From IMG/VR virus record IMGVR_UViG_3300046779_000420, positions 1-40,282 of that record: a stretch of 40,282 nt of DNA, one strand, 5' to 3'. Source of the stretch: a virus (Duplodnaviria > Caudoviricetes). Positions 18,352 to 27,785 of the stretch are shown in pieces (within the stretch, counting starts at the first letter, position 1; each line of letters opens with the position of its first letter). Under the pieces are notes generated by a model. It made no database searches. It was not told where the DNA came from and was given only the letters and a program-made list of their open reading frames with translations. Both the position numbers and the translations under genes were made by a program.

Positions 18352-18775
18352 CCATATAAGTAAGGTTCTTGAATGGGGCTTTGATGAGCACCATAACTTC
18401 AAGCCATCACTATATGGATGTGTCTTATGTGATGCTACTTCAGATACTCCATTCAAGGATGAAGAAGAGATTGAGTATGACCACATTGATTGTGGCGAAG
18501 ATTGCTTTGGATGTAAAGTTAGAACACTAGAACTTAGCACTGGTGATGCTAACAGCAAAAAGAATATGAGTAATAAGAAGTTCAACAAAGAACTTGATGC
18601 CTACAAGGATGCTCGTAAGCAAGGCATACAACCTGGCGGAACTTCTATGGCAAAGATAGAAGCAGCGGTAACGGCTTCCGAAAGATTGGGCAAAGCCTAT
18701 GACGGCAACTCAATGCCTTCGGCAGAAAAGATAACACCAACACTAGCAAAAACAATGAGAGAACTAGGAGCATAG
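18320..18775 (+). CDS. Hypothetical protein with Cys motifs (start uncertain)
   Basis: CVLC and CGEDCFGCK motifs; no clear ATG or RBS. Confidence 0.6.
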   Translation: MLQNQTSQHSSHISKVLEWGFDEHHNFKPSLYGCVLCDATSDTPFKDEEEIEYDHIDCGEDCFGCKVRTLELSTGDANSKKNMSNKKFNKELDAYKDARKQGIQPGGTSMAKIEAAVTASERLGKAYDGNSMPSAEKITPTLAKTMRELGA

Positions 18776-18776
18776 T

Positions 18777-18923
18777 ATGTCTATGAAGGGCGAAAAGTAT
18801 TCATCTAAGAAGATGATGAAGAAGCACGAAAAGATGGAAGGCAAGAAAGAAAAGATGATGGAATACGGCAAGAAGAAAGCCGTAAAGAAGATGGCTATGA
18901 AGAAGATGGGCAAGAAGAAGTAA
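18777..18923 (+). CDS. Lys/Met-rich mini-protein (48 aa)
   Basis: Translated by hand MSMKGEKYSSKKMMKKHEK...KKMGKKK; AGGAG RBS. Confidence 0.7.
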   Translation: MSMKGEKYSSKKMMKKHEKMEGKKEKMMEYGKKKAVKKMAMKKMGKKK

Positions 18924-18924
18924 A

Positions 18925-19104
18925 ATGGCGTATATGCGACCAAACCCAAAGGGCAAGGTTACTCCTAGTCCAAAGCCAAAGGCTAAATCATCAGATTCAG
19001 GATTACCAAGTCTTGCAGAGTTCAAGCAATCTGCAGCATATCGTTCAGGTGCTATGACTTACAAAGAGTATCTTGATTACTTTAAGTCACGTAAAGGAAT
19101 GTAA
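18925..19104 (+). CDS. Small basic protein (59 aa)
   Basis: Translated by hand MAYMRPNPKGKVTPSPKPKAK...; tightly packed between neighbours. Confidence 0.6.
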   Translation: MAYMRPNPKGKVTPSPKPKAKSSDSGLPSLAEFKQSAAYRSGAMTYKEYLDYFKSRKGM

Positions 19105-19265
19105 TGAAGAAGACTAAAGGTGCTAAGAAGGTTGCCAAAGTTATGCGTGAGTATAAGGCTGGCACACTTCATTCAGGCAAAAAGGGACCAGTAGTAAAGT
19201 CAAAGAAGCAAGCAGTTGCTATCGCACTAAGCGAAGCAGGAATGGCTAAGAAGAAAAAGAAATGA
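19104..19265 (+). CDS. Small basic protein, DUF6496-like (53 aa)
   Basis: KVMREYKAGTLHSG...KQAVAIALSEA motif. Confidence 0.75.
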   Translation: MKKTKGAKKVAKVMREYKAGTLHSGKKGPVVKSKKQAVAIALSEAGMAKKKKK

Positions 19266-19522
19266 AAAAAGACCCACGACTAGAGCGAGCAGGAGTGTCT
19301 GGTTACAACAAGCCAAAGCGCACACCTAAGCACCCAACTAAGTCACACGTTGTTGTGGCTAAAGAGGGCGACAAGGTTAAGACTATTCGCTTTGGTCAGC
19401 AGGGTGTAACTGGGGACAAACAACCAACAGCAAGACAGAAATCATTTAAGGCACGCCATAAGGCAAACATTGCTAAAGGCAAGATGAGCGCAGCCTACTG
19501 GGCAGATAAGGTGAAATGGTAA
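19262..19522 (+). CDS. Basic conserved phage protein (DUF5754-like)
   Basis: KSHVVVAKEGDKVKTIRFGQQG...FKARH...SAAYWA motif. Confidence 0.75.
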   Translation: MKKDPRLERAGVSGYNKPKRTPKHPTKSHVVVAKEGDKVKTIRFGQQGVTGDKQPTARQKSFKARHKANIAKGKMSAAYWADKVKW

Positions 19523-19797
19523 TGGCAGGTGAAGCAGGTAGCACATTTACTGACGAGTTAAATCGTCTTGCCAATGGTGGTGCAAGTTATCCAGGTCTAG
19601 CCTCTTACCTTGCAGATACTGGCGCAGCAAATGAATGGGCTGGTACAACAGGCAAGGCTCTACTTGGTGCTCTTAACTACAAGGCAGACCCAACACGTCA
19701 GCCTGATGAGTACAAGGGCTTAGGAGCAGTTTGTAACGAACTAGCGGGGACTACAGATTTATCACCAGTTGACGCATTAAGGAGCATCACTTCGTGA
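19522..19797 (+). CDS. Hypothetical virion protein
   Basis: TAATG-coupled ORF. Confidence 0.7.
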   Translation: MAGEAGSTFTDELNRLANGGASYPGLASYLADTGAANEWAGTTGKALLGALNYKADPTRQPDEYKGLGAVCNELAGTTDLSPVDALRSITS

Positions 19798-20714
19798 CTA
19801 GCACACTCTCAAATCTTATTGATGAAGTTCTCATCAATCTCTCAGGTTACACATACCAGCAGGAACGCTCTACTTACCTGACCCAGGCTGTAACCACACT
19901 TACATCTCCATCATCTAGCCCTACCATTCTTAGCGTTGGTTCAACCGACAATATCGGTAAAGGAGTTCTAGAAATTGATGAAGAACTTATCTGGGTTGAT
20001 TCTTTTGACCGCGTTGCTAACACTGCAACTATCGCTCCTTATGGTCGCGGATACTTGGGTACTACTGCAACTACTCACGCAGTAGATGCTAAGGTAACAG
20101 TATCTCCTATCTTCCCACGCTACTCAGTTAAGAAAGCAATCAACGACACTATCCGTGCTATGGGTACTCAGTTGTTTGCAATCAAGAACACAACCTTTAC
20201 CTACAATGCAGCGGTAAATACTTATGGCTTTGAAGATTTGAACATTGACCGTATCCTACGTATGGACTGGCAGAATGTTGGACCTAGCGAAGAGTGGATT
20301 CCACTACGCCGTTGGGACTTTGATTCTCAGCCTGATTCATCAACCTGGGGTTCTGGTGGTCAGACTGTAACTATTGGGGACTATGTAACAGCAGGACGAA
20401 CAGTTAAGGTTACTTACATTACACAGCCAGAAGTATTGGTAAATAGTTCAGATGTGTATGAAACAGTAACTGGTCTACCTGCATCATCTAAGGACGTTAC
20501 AGTTCTTGGTGCTTCATACCGACTTCTATCATTCCTTGACCCAGCCCGTGCTGGTCAGATTAGCCCACAGGCTGATGAGACAGATGGCAAGCGTCCTTAT
20601 GGCGCAAGTGCCTCTGCAACAAAACAACTTTATGCACTTTATACAACCCGCTTGCGCGAAGAAATTATGGCGCAACAGGGACAATATCCCCCACGAGTTC
20701 ACTACAGCCGATAG
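19794..20714 (+). CDS. Putative head-tail adaptor / tail tubular protein A-like
   Basis: N-terminal TLSNLIDEV helix, AINDTI motif, size and position before the fiber gene; inference. Confidence 0.55.
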   Translation: MTSTLSNLIDEVLINLSGYTYQQERSTYLTQAVTTLTSPSSSPTILSVGSTDNIGKGVLEIDEELIWVDSFDRVANTATIAPYGRGYLGTTATTHAVDAKVTVSPIFPRYSVKKAINDTIRAMGTQLFAIKNTTFTYNAAVNTYGFEDLNIDRILRMDWQNVGPSEEWIPLRRWDFDSQPDSSTWGSGGQTVTIGDYVTAGRTVKVTYITQPEVLVNSSDVYETVTGLPASSKDVTVLGASYRLLSFLDPARAGQISPQADETDGKRPYGASASATKQLYALYTTRLREEIMAQQGQYPPRVHYSR

Positions 20715-20722
20715 GAACCTGA

Positions 20723-22420
20723 ATGACTACACGTAAATACTCCTCTCGCTCACAGCAGTCAACACTGACTGGAGCAATCACCTCTGGTGCTACATCTATG
20801 ACTGTAGTATCAGGTACTGCGCTGTTAGGTGGTGTAACAATCCCGACAGGTACTACCTTTACTTTGGTAATTGACGTAGATACCGCGCTTGAAGAAATCG
20901 TAGACGCCACCGCCGTATCTACTAATACCTTTACCATCACTCGTGCAATAGACGGTTCGTCTGCTCAAGACCACTCAGCGGGTGCAGTCGTACGTCATAT
21001 GGCAATCGGTCGTGACTATCGTGATGCTAACCTGCACGCTGAAGCATCTGCTTACTACAATGATGGTAGTGGCTCAGGTCATACAATGCACGGCATTGGT
21101 TCAGGTGAGGGTGATGTAGTAGGTACTGCTAAGACACAAACTCTTACCAACAAGACTTTAACTTCCCCAACTATCTCTGACCCAACGATTACTGGTACAG
21201 CATCTGCTGGCGCAGTATTGGTCTTTGAGGGTACAACTGCTGACGCATACGAAACTACTCTGACTGTAGTTGACCCAACTCAGGATAATACAATCACACT
21301 GCCTAATACAACGGGCACAGTGGTAATTGTTGATGCAACTCAGACCCTAACCAATAAGACCCTGACCAGTCCTACTATCTCAGGTTCTCCAGTAATCACT
21401 GGTCTATCTAGCGCAGGTATGATTTCATCATCTGCTACCCCTAAAGATTATGTAGATTCAATTCTAGGCTCTGCTACCGCAGCAGCCACCTCTGCAGCCT
21501 CAGCAGCAGCAAGTGCTACAGCAGCGGCTACAAGTGCTACAAGCGCAGCAGCAAGTGCAACTTCGGCTGCTAACTCAGCAACTGCTTCAGCAACATCTGC
21601 ATCTGCAGCAGCGACTTCAGCATCATCTGCAGCAACTTCGGCTAGTGCTGCAGCAACTAGTGCAACTAGCGCAGCCACATCAGCGACAAGCGCAGCGGCA
21701 TCTGCTTTAACTGCAGCCAACTCAGTAGCAACAATTGCTGGCTATGCAACTACAGCATCTAACTCAGCATCTGCAGCGGCTACATCCGCTACCAGTGCTG
21801 CTGCCTCAGCAACCGCTGCTGCTACTAGTGCTACCTCTGCAGCAGCCAGCCAAACCGCTGCTGCTACTTCAGCAACTTCTGCAGCGGCTTCTGCTACTGC
21901 CGCTGCTACTAGCGCAGCATCTGCTGCGGTATCTGCAGCCAGTGCTGCAGCAGCAGTAACTACAGCAATCCAGGCAAGCATCATTGATGCTAAGGGTGAT
22001 TTGATTGTAGGCTCTGCAGCAGATACGGCAGCAAGACTAGGTGTAGGAACTGATGGCTATGTTTTAACTGCAGCATCTACTGCTACCTATGGAATCCAAT
22101 GGGCAGCGGCTGCAGCAACCTATACCGCTCCTACTCTTGGTACTACAACTCTTACCTCTGGCACAACAGTCTCAACAGTTGCAGCATTAACTTTAGATAA
22201 TGCAACTTTGACTGGAACTCTGACTGCAGGTGCTTCTTCAGGTACTAATGGTCAGTATCTAAAATCAACTGGCACTGGTGTACAATGGGGAACTGTTGAT
22301 GCTCTACCAAGCCAAACTGGAAACTCAGGAAAATATTTGACTACGAACGGCACAACCGCTTCGTGGTCAACAATCGTAACAGACCCAACTCCGTCAGTGT
22401 TTATGCTGATGGGCGCTTAA
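20723..22420 (+). CDS. Tail fiber protein with Ala/Ser/Thr heptad repeats
   Basis: QTLTNKTLTSP repeats, long AATSA repeats, DAKGDLIVG and LPSQTGNSGKYLTTNG fiber motifs. Confidence 0.85.
   Translation: MTTRKYSSRSQQSTLTGAITSGATSMTVVSGTALLGGVTIPTGTTFTLVIDVDTALEEIVDATAVSTNTFTITRAIDGSSAQDHSAGAVVRHMAIGRDYRDANLHAEASAYYNDGSGSGHTMHGIGSGEGDVVGTAKTQTLTNKTLTSPTISDPTITGTASAGAVLVFEGTTADAYETTLTVVDPTQDNTITLPNTTGTVVIVDATQTLTNKTLTSPTISGSPVITGLSSAGMISSSATPKDYVDSILGSATAAATSAASAAASATAAATSATSAAASATSAANSATASATSASAAATSASSAATSASAAATSATSAATSATSAAASALTAANSVATIAGYATTASNSASAAATSATSAAASATAAATSATSAAASQTAAATSATSAAASATAAATSAASAAVSAASAAAAVTTAIQASIIDAKGDLIVGSAADTAARLGVGTDGYVLTAASTATYGIQWAAAAATYTAPTLGTTTLTSGTTVSTVAALTLDNATLTGTLTAGASSGTNGQYLKSTGTGVQWGTVDALPSQTGNSGKYLTTNGTTASWSTIVTDPTPSVFMLMGA
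21470..21960 (+). repeat. Degenerate 21-nt coding repeat (A-A-T-S-A-x-x)
   Basis: Repeated AATSATS/AASATA units within the fiber gene. Confidence 0.8.
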
Positions 22421-22433
22421 GGAGAAATAATAA

Positions 22434-22760
22434 ATGGCAAAAAAAGTTCTTGGGCAATCAAACCCATCAGCAACAACAGCAACTACTCTATATACAGTAC
22501 CTGCTTCTAAGGAAGCGGTAGTATCAAGTATCTCTGTCTGTAACCTAGCATCATCATCTGCTACCTATCGTATTGCTATCCGCCCTGCTGGAGCAACACT
22601 GGCTAACCAGCACTACCTAGCGTATGATGTAACAGTAGGTGCAGCAGATACTACCATCATTACAGTTGGTATTACTCTTGCTACTACAGATGTTATTACT
22701 GTATACGCATCAACTGCTAACTTAGCGTTCTCTGCTTTCGGAGATGAGGCTTCTGTCTAA
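22434..22760 (+). CDS. Small beta-rich tail-associated protein (possible fiber-tip adaptor)
   Basis: TTLYTVP...VSSISVCN motif; AAGGAG RBS; lies between the fiber and the paralog array. Confidence 0.7.
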   Translation: MAKKVLGQSNPSATTATTLYTVPASKEAVVSSISVCNLASSSATYRIAIRPAGATLANQHYLAYDVTVGAADTTIITVGITLATTDVITVYASTANLAFSAFGDEASV

Positions 22761-23305
22761 TGTCGGTTACTAGTGCAAAGTCTGGCGCAACTGGCATCAG
22801 CCTTGCGCTAGATAACAACTATATGGAACCTATCGCTACTACGCTAGTAGGTAGTGGTGGGGTTAATACGGTTATCTTTAATGATATACCGCAGACATAT
22901 AAACATCTACAATTAAGGGTACTTTGTAAAAATGGTACTGGCACATATTGGGTAATTACTCAATTTAATAGCGATACTGGAAATAACTATTCTTATCACA
23001 ATATTTATGGTAGTGGTTCAGCAGTTGCTGCCGAAGGATATGCGGATAAGGCAGAATCTAATACGTTCTTAAATTCATCAAGTCAGTTTAGTGCTGGTAT
23101 TATTGATATATTAGACTACTCTAACACTAATAAATATAAAACATTAAGAGCGCTTGGCGGGTATGATGCTAATGGTTCTGGATATATTAGTCTTGCTTCT
23201 ATTGGTTGGCGTAACACCGACCCTATAACTTCTATTAAGTTATATTCTTATACAAGTAACTTTGCACAATATTCACGCTTCTCATTATATGGAATCAAGG
23301 GGTAA
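22760..23305 (+). CDS. Tail-associated paralog, type A1
   Basis: YKHLQLR, IIDILDYSNTNKYKTLR, C-terminal LYGI. Confidence 0.8.
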   Translation: MSVTSAKSGATGISLALDNNYMEPIATTLVGSGGVNTVIFNDIPQTYKHLQLRVLCKNGTGTYWVITQFNSDTGNNYSYHNIYGSGSAVAAEGYADKAESNTFLNSSSQFSAGIIDILDYSNTNKYKTLRALGGYDANGSGYISLASIGWRNTDPITSIKLYSYTSNFAQYSRFSLYGIKG

Positions 23306-23308
23306 CTA

Positions 23309-23818
23309 ATGGCTGCTAAAACTGGCACATACACTTTGATTGCAAGTACCACTATTGGAACAGCAACAGGAACGGTTACTTTCTCTTCAATTCCCGCTAC
23401 TTACACCGATTTAGTTTTAGTTATTCAATATCAAAGTGCTGCTAATTGTGTAGCAAATATAACTTTTAATAATGATACTGGTAGCAATTATTCAACTACT
23501 TATTTAAGTGGCAATGGTACTACTGCTGCATCTGCTAGAGGTTCTAATGAAACTTCTATTGGAACTGTATATACAGGGGCAAGTTTCAATGGTAAATTGG
23601 GACAAGTAACTATTCAAGTACAAGACTATTCAAATGCTACTACATATAAAACAGCAATTAATCGTACTTCTTCGGCTGGTGGAGAAGCAACTGCAACTGT
23701 TGGACTATGGCGTTCTACTGCTGCTATAAATCGTGTAGATGTAACAGGTACAAGTGGTGCTACATTTGCATCTGGCTCCACATTCAAACTCTATGGCATA
23801 GAGGCGGGAAATAACTAA
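23309..23818 (+). CDS. Tail-associated paralog, type B1
   Basis: YTDLVL, YSNATTYKT, LWRSTAAI, LYGI. Confidence 0.8.
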   Translation: MAAKTGTYTLIASTTIGTATGTVTFSSIPATYTDLVLVIQYQSAANCVANITFNNDTGSNYSTTYLSGNGTTAASARGSNETSIGTVYTGASFNGKLGQVTIQVQDYSNATTYKTAINRTSSAGGEATATVGLWRSTAAINRVDVTGTSGATFASGSTFKLYGIEAGNN

Positions 23819-23820
23819 CT

Positions 23821-24312
23821 ATGGCGCTACAACTATTTAAGATTGCTGATACTACGGTTGCTACCCCACAGGCTAGTATAGATTTTAGTTCCATACCTAG
23901 TGGATATACTGATTTATATTTAGTCTTATCTGGTCGTTCAACTACTACGGTTGACTATTGTGAAGTAAGATTTAATGGTGCAAGCACCAATCTTTCAGGT
24001 AGGTATTTATATGGAAGTGGTGCTGCTGCTGCATCTGGTACTTTTCAACCTTTTATTTATATGAACTCAAGTGGTAATACTTCTAACTCATTCAGCAATT
24101 CAAGCGTTTATATCCCTAACTATACTAGTAGCAATTACAAATCCGTATCAATAGATAGTGTTTATGAAAATAACGCTACTACTGCATATTGTAATTTACA
24201 GGCTGGTTTATGGTCTAGCACTTCTTCAATAAATCAAGTTACTTTAGTATGCACTGGTTCTAGTCAAACCTTTGCTGCTGGTTCAACTGCTACCCTATAC
24301 GGAGTTCTATAA
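23821..24312 (+). CDS. Tail-associated paralog, type C1
   Basis: YTDLYLVLSGR, YIPNYTSSNYKS, ENNATT, AGLWS, LYGV. Confidence 0.8.
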   Translation: MALQLFKIADTTVATPQASIDFSSIPSGYTDLYLVLSGRSTTTVDYCEVRFNGASTNLSGRYLYGSGAAAASGTFQPFIYMNSSGNTSNSFSNSSVYIPNYTSSNYKSVSIDSVYENNATTAYCNLQAGLWSSTSSINQVTLVCTGSSQTFAAGSTATLYGVL

Positions 24313-24893
24313 TGGCTATTAGAAGTCTCAAGTCTGGCTCATTCAGCCGAAGTGCTCAGGTTGGCAATAGCATTATCCTGCCTGGAGATTATGAATCTAT
24401 TGCTACTGCCGTTGGTACAGGTTCTAGTAATACTATTACTTTTACTTCCATACCTAGTACATTTACTCATCTACAAATTCGTATGGTGGCAAGCAATACT
24501 AATGCTTCAACGGCTTGGTCAGGTTTGCTTGTTAGATTTAACTCAGATTCTGGAGCAAACTACGCAATCCATTATGTTAGAGGCGGTGGCACAGTGGCTA
24601 GCGCAGGTAGTGGAACCGCTCAAACTTCGGCATTTATTGATAACGTGGTAAGTCGTTCAGGTAATACTAATACTTTAGCCACAACAATTATTGACTTGCA
24701 CGATTACGCTTCTACAAATAAGTATAAAACTCTTAGGGCTATTGGTGGAATTGACTTAAATGGTTCAGGAGTTATAAACTTTAATTCTGCATTATGGTTA
24801 AACACTGCTGCAGTTACCTCTATTAGTTTAGTCGCTGAGCAGGACAACTGGACAACTACTTCTAAATTTGCACTTTACGGAATCCGAGGTTAA
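24312..24893 (+). CDS. Tail-associated paralog, type A2
   Basis: FTHLQIR, IIDLHDYASTNKYKTLR, LYGI. Confidence 0.8.
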   Translation: MAIRSLKSGSFSRSAQVGNSIILPGDYESIATAVGTGSSNTITFTSIPSTFTHLQIRMVASNTNASTAWSGLLVRFNSDSGANYAIHYVRGGGTVASAGSGTAQTSAFIDNVVSRSGNTNTLATTIIDLHDYASTNKYKTLRAIGGIDLNGSGVINFNSALWLNTAAVTSISLVAEQDNWTTTSKFALYGIRG

Positions 24894-24895
24894 CT

Positions 24896-25387
24896 ATGGC
24901 AGCAGGTAGAACATATACCCCGATAGCAACTACTACGCTTAGTAGCGCAAACGACACAGTAACTTTTTCATCTATTCCAAGCACTTATACAGATTTAATA
25001 TTGATTTCTAATGTCGTGCCAACTTCAAGCCCTTATTTATTCTATCGGATTAACTCTGATAGTGGCACAAATTACTCACGCACTACGCTTTATGGCACTG
25101 GCTCATCTGCTGGTTCAAGCAGATTTTCCAACGAAACTTATGCCTATATTTCAACTTCAACAGTAAGCGGAATTAGCACCTGTATCACTCATTTTGAGAA
25201 TTATTCAAATACAACTACTTATAAAACCCTTTTAAGCCGTTGGTCAGATGCAGGCAATAACGTTGCCGCAGTAGTTAATTTATGGCGTTCTACTTCTGCA
25301 ATTAACAATATTGTAGTAACTACGACTGGTTATTCAACCTTTGCAGCGGGTTCAACCTTTACACTCTACGGAATTGCGGCGGCATAA
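24896..25387 (+). CDS. Tail-associated paralog, type B2
   Basis: YTDLIL, YSNTTTYKT, LWRSTSAI, LYGI. Confidence 0.8.
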   Translation: MAAGRTYTPIATTTLSSANDTVTFSSIPSTYTDLILISNVVPTSSPYLFYRINSDSGTNYSRTTLYGTGSSAGSSRFSNETYAYISTSTVSGISTCITHFENYSNTTTYKTLLSRWSDAGNNVAAVVNLWRSTSAINNIVVTTTGYSTFAAGSTFTLYGIAAA

Positions 25388-25390
25388 ACT

Positions 25391-25906
25391 ATGAGTTATA
25401 CATATTCTAAAATCGCAAGCGTAACTGTAGGCTCAGGTGGAGTAGGCAGCATTGACTTCTTGGCTATACCGCAGAATTATACTGACTTAGTATTAAAAGT
25501 AAGCGCAAGAAGCAATCGTTCTCCTCAGTCTTATGAAACATTATATTTTTCAATTAATGGTTCAAACTCTAATGCTACCTTTAGGGAATTGTTGGGTGAT
25601 GGTGCTTCAACGTATTCGCAATCAGGCACTGACCCTGACTTCGGACAAGCACCTGGCAATGGTGGCACTGCCAATACATTTGGTAATGCAGAAGCCTATT
25701 TCCCGAACTACTCGGGTTCAACCTATAAATCATATAGCGCAGATGCGGTATCTGAAAACAATGCTACTACTGCTTGGAGTTCTTTAGTTGCTGGGTTATG
25801 GTCACAAAGCGCACCAATTACAAGCATTAGAGTTCGTCCAGGAGTGGGAACTCTTTTATTGCAATACAGCACAGCAACCTTATACGGGATAAAGGCGGAA
25901 GTATAA
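25391..25906 (+). CDS. Tail-associated paralog, type C2
   Basis: YTDLVLKVSAR, YFPNYSGSTYKS, ENNATT, AGLWS, LYGI. Confidence 0.8.
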   Translation: MSYTYSKIASVTVGSGGVGSIDFLAIPQNYTDLVLKVSARSNRSPQSYETLYFSINGSNSNATFRELLGDGASTYSQSGTDPDFGQAPGNGGTANTFGNAEAYFPNYSGSTYKSYSADAVSENNATTAWSSLVAGLWSQSAPITSIRVRPGVGTLLLQYSTATLYGIKAEV

Positions 25907-26511
25907 TGGCATCTATCAGTCTTAAATATAAAAGCAAGAATGGTAACCTGACTGCTCCAGGTGATGCAGACCCAGGCGCTATGATTCCTATTGCTACTGT
26001 TACAGTTGGTAGCGGTGGTAGTTCAACTATTACCTTTAGTAACATTCCACAGAACTATGAACATTTACAAGTTAGATTAATTGCTAAACAAGACTATGGT
26101 AGCGGTACTGCAGATTATTCAAACTTAAATGTGCGATTTAATTCCGATAGTGGCTCAACAAAGGCTTCACACCGTTTAAGCGGCAATGGAAGTACTGCTA
26201 GCGCTGGAGCGTCTACCACAGATACTTATGGTCGTTTAGGTTATCAAACAGTTCCAAATACTTGGTCAGGATTTGCTAATGTGTTTGGTGTTGCGGTTAT
26301 TGATATTTTAGATTATGCAAATACTTCTAAATATAAAACTACTCGTTCACTTGCAGGATTTGATGGCAATGGATATGGATATATAAACCTAAATTCATCA
26401 GTCTGGCAATCAACATCTGCTATTACTCAAATTGACTTTACTCCTGATTTACCATCATTTACTCAATATACCACCTTTGCCCTATACGGTATCAAGAGAG
26501 CAGGTGCATAA
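25906..26511 (+). CDS. Tail-associated paralog, type A3
   Basis: YEHLQVR, VIDILDYANTSKYKTTR, LYGI. Confidence 0.8.
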   Translation: MASISLKYKSKNGNLTAPGDADPGAMIPIATVTVGSGGSSTITFSNIPQNYEHLQVRLIAKQDYGSGTADYSNLNVRFNSDSGSTKASHRLSGNGSTASAGASTTDTYGRLGYQTVPNTWSGFANVFGVAVIDILDYANTSKYKTTRSLAGFDGNGYGYINLNSSVWQSTSAITQIDFTPDLPSFTQYTTFALYGIKRAGA

Positions 26512-27011
26512 TGCCACTACCATCTACTATGACCCCGATTGCTACTAATACCCTAACTGCAAATTCTGGAACAGTAACATTTTCTAGCATACCACAGGGA
26601 TATACTGATTTAATATTAATTACTAATTCTAAAACAACCAGTGGTGGCAATTTAACAATGCAACTTAATTCGGATACTGGTACTAATTATTCTATGACCG
26701 AAGTATATGGTGATGGAAGTACAGCAGCAAGCAATAGAAATACAAGTCAAACATCTATGTCTATTGCTAGATATGGTAATCCAGATACAGCAAATTTTAA
26801 CTCAGTTAGTATAAGTCACATTATGAACTATGCTAATTCAACTACATATAAAACTGTATTGACTAGAGCAAGCAATGCTAATACAGGACAAGGAGCAGAC
26901 TTAACTGTATGTCTATGGCGCAGCACTGCTGCTGTAACTACAATTAGTGTATCGTCTGGAACTTTTGTTATAGGTTCTACATTCACCCTATACGGCGTAA
27001 AGGCAGCATAA
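26511..27011 (+). CDS. Tail-associated paralog, type B3
   Basis: YTDLIL, YANSTTYKT, LWRSTAAV, LYGV. Confidence 0.8.
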   Translation: MPLPSTMTPIATNTLTANSGTVTFSSIPQGYTDLILITNSKTTSGGNLTMQLNSDTGTNYSMTEVYGDGSTAASNRNTSQTSMSIARYGNPDTANFNSVSISHIMNYANSTTYKTVLTRASNANTGQGADLTVCLWRSTAAVTTISVSSGTFVIGSTFTLYGVKAA

Positions 27012-27013
27012 CT

Positions 27014-27514
27014 ATGGCTAATATGATTCCTATTCAGACAGTTACCGTAGGTAGTGGTGGGGCTAGCAGTATTGATTTCAATAACATTCCACAGATTTAT
27101 ACCGATTTAGTATTTAAAGTATCTGGTAGAAACTCTTCTACTGGTGCAAATAATTTTCTGTTTACTTTTAATGGTTCTACTTCATCATTCACATTGCGTC
27201 AATTATATGGAACTGGTGCAGCAGCAGGTTCAACCACAACACCTGCACGTTATGCTGGTGAATATACTGGTACAGATATGACTACATCTACATTTTCTAG
27301 TGTAGATATCTATATTCCTAATTATACAAGTAGTAACTATAAATCTTATTCAGTAGATGACGTAACAGAAAATAATGCAACTACTTCTTATGCTGTATTG
27401 TCTGCAGGTTTATGGTCTAATACTGCACCAATTACATCTATTAGTCTTGCGCTAACAGGCGGAAGTCTAACACAATACTCTTCGGCTACTCTCTACGGTA
27501 TCCGTAAATACTAA
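27014..27514 (+). CDS. Tail-associated paralog, type C3
   Basis: YTDLVFKVSGR, YIPNYTSSNYKS, ENNATT, AGLWS, LYGI. Confidence 0.8.
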   Translation: MANMIPIQTVTVGSGGASSIDFNNIPQIYTDLVFKVSGRNSSTGANNFLFTFNGSTSSFTLRQLYGTGAAAGSTTTPARYAGEYTGTDMTTSTFSSVDIYIPNYTSSNYKSYSVDDVTENNATTSYAVLSAGLWSNTAPITSISLALTGGSLTQYSSATLYGIRKY

Positions 27515-27539
27515 CAACAACAACTAAGGAGCAACAACA

Positions 27540-27767
27540 ATGACCGACACCAAAATTGTCGTAAACTGTGAGACAGGGGAAACTCAAGTAGTTACTCTTA
27601 CCGCAGAAGAAATCGCACAGCGTGAAGCAGATGCAGCAGCATTCGCTGCAGAGCAAGCAGAGCGTGAAGCAGCAGAGGCTGCAGCAGCAGAAGCAAAGGC
27701 ATCTGCACAGGCTAAGTTAGCAGCACTAGGACTTACTGCTGACGAAATCGCAGCACTATCTAAGTAA
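27540..27767 (+). CDS. Small helical protein, possible fiber assembly chaperone
   Basis: VNCETGE...LTAEEIAQRE...KLAALGLTADEI; position after the fiber genes; AAGGAG RBS. Confidence 0.6.
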   Translation: MTDTKIVVNCETGETQVVTLTAEEIAQREADAAAFAAEQAEREAAEAAAAEAKASAQAKLAALGLTADEIAALSK

Positions 27768-27785
27768 TAAACAAAGGGGACGATA

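Noticed and set aside
17538-21984. Antisense Ala/Val-rich ORFs (17538-17984, 21448-21720, 21742-21984)
   Set aside because: Shadow frames produced by biased codon usage in the capsid and fiber genes
22760-27514. Diversity-generating retroelement or invertible cassette explaining the paralog array
   Set aside because: No reverse transcriptase or recombinase in the window, no near-identical template/variable repeat pair, and all copies are intact and co-oriented
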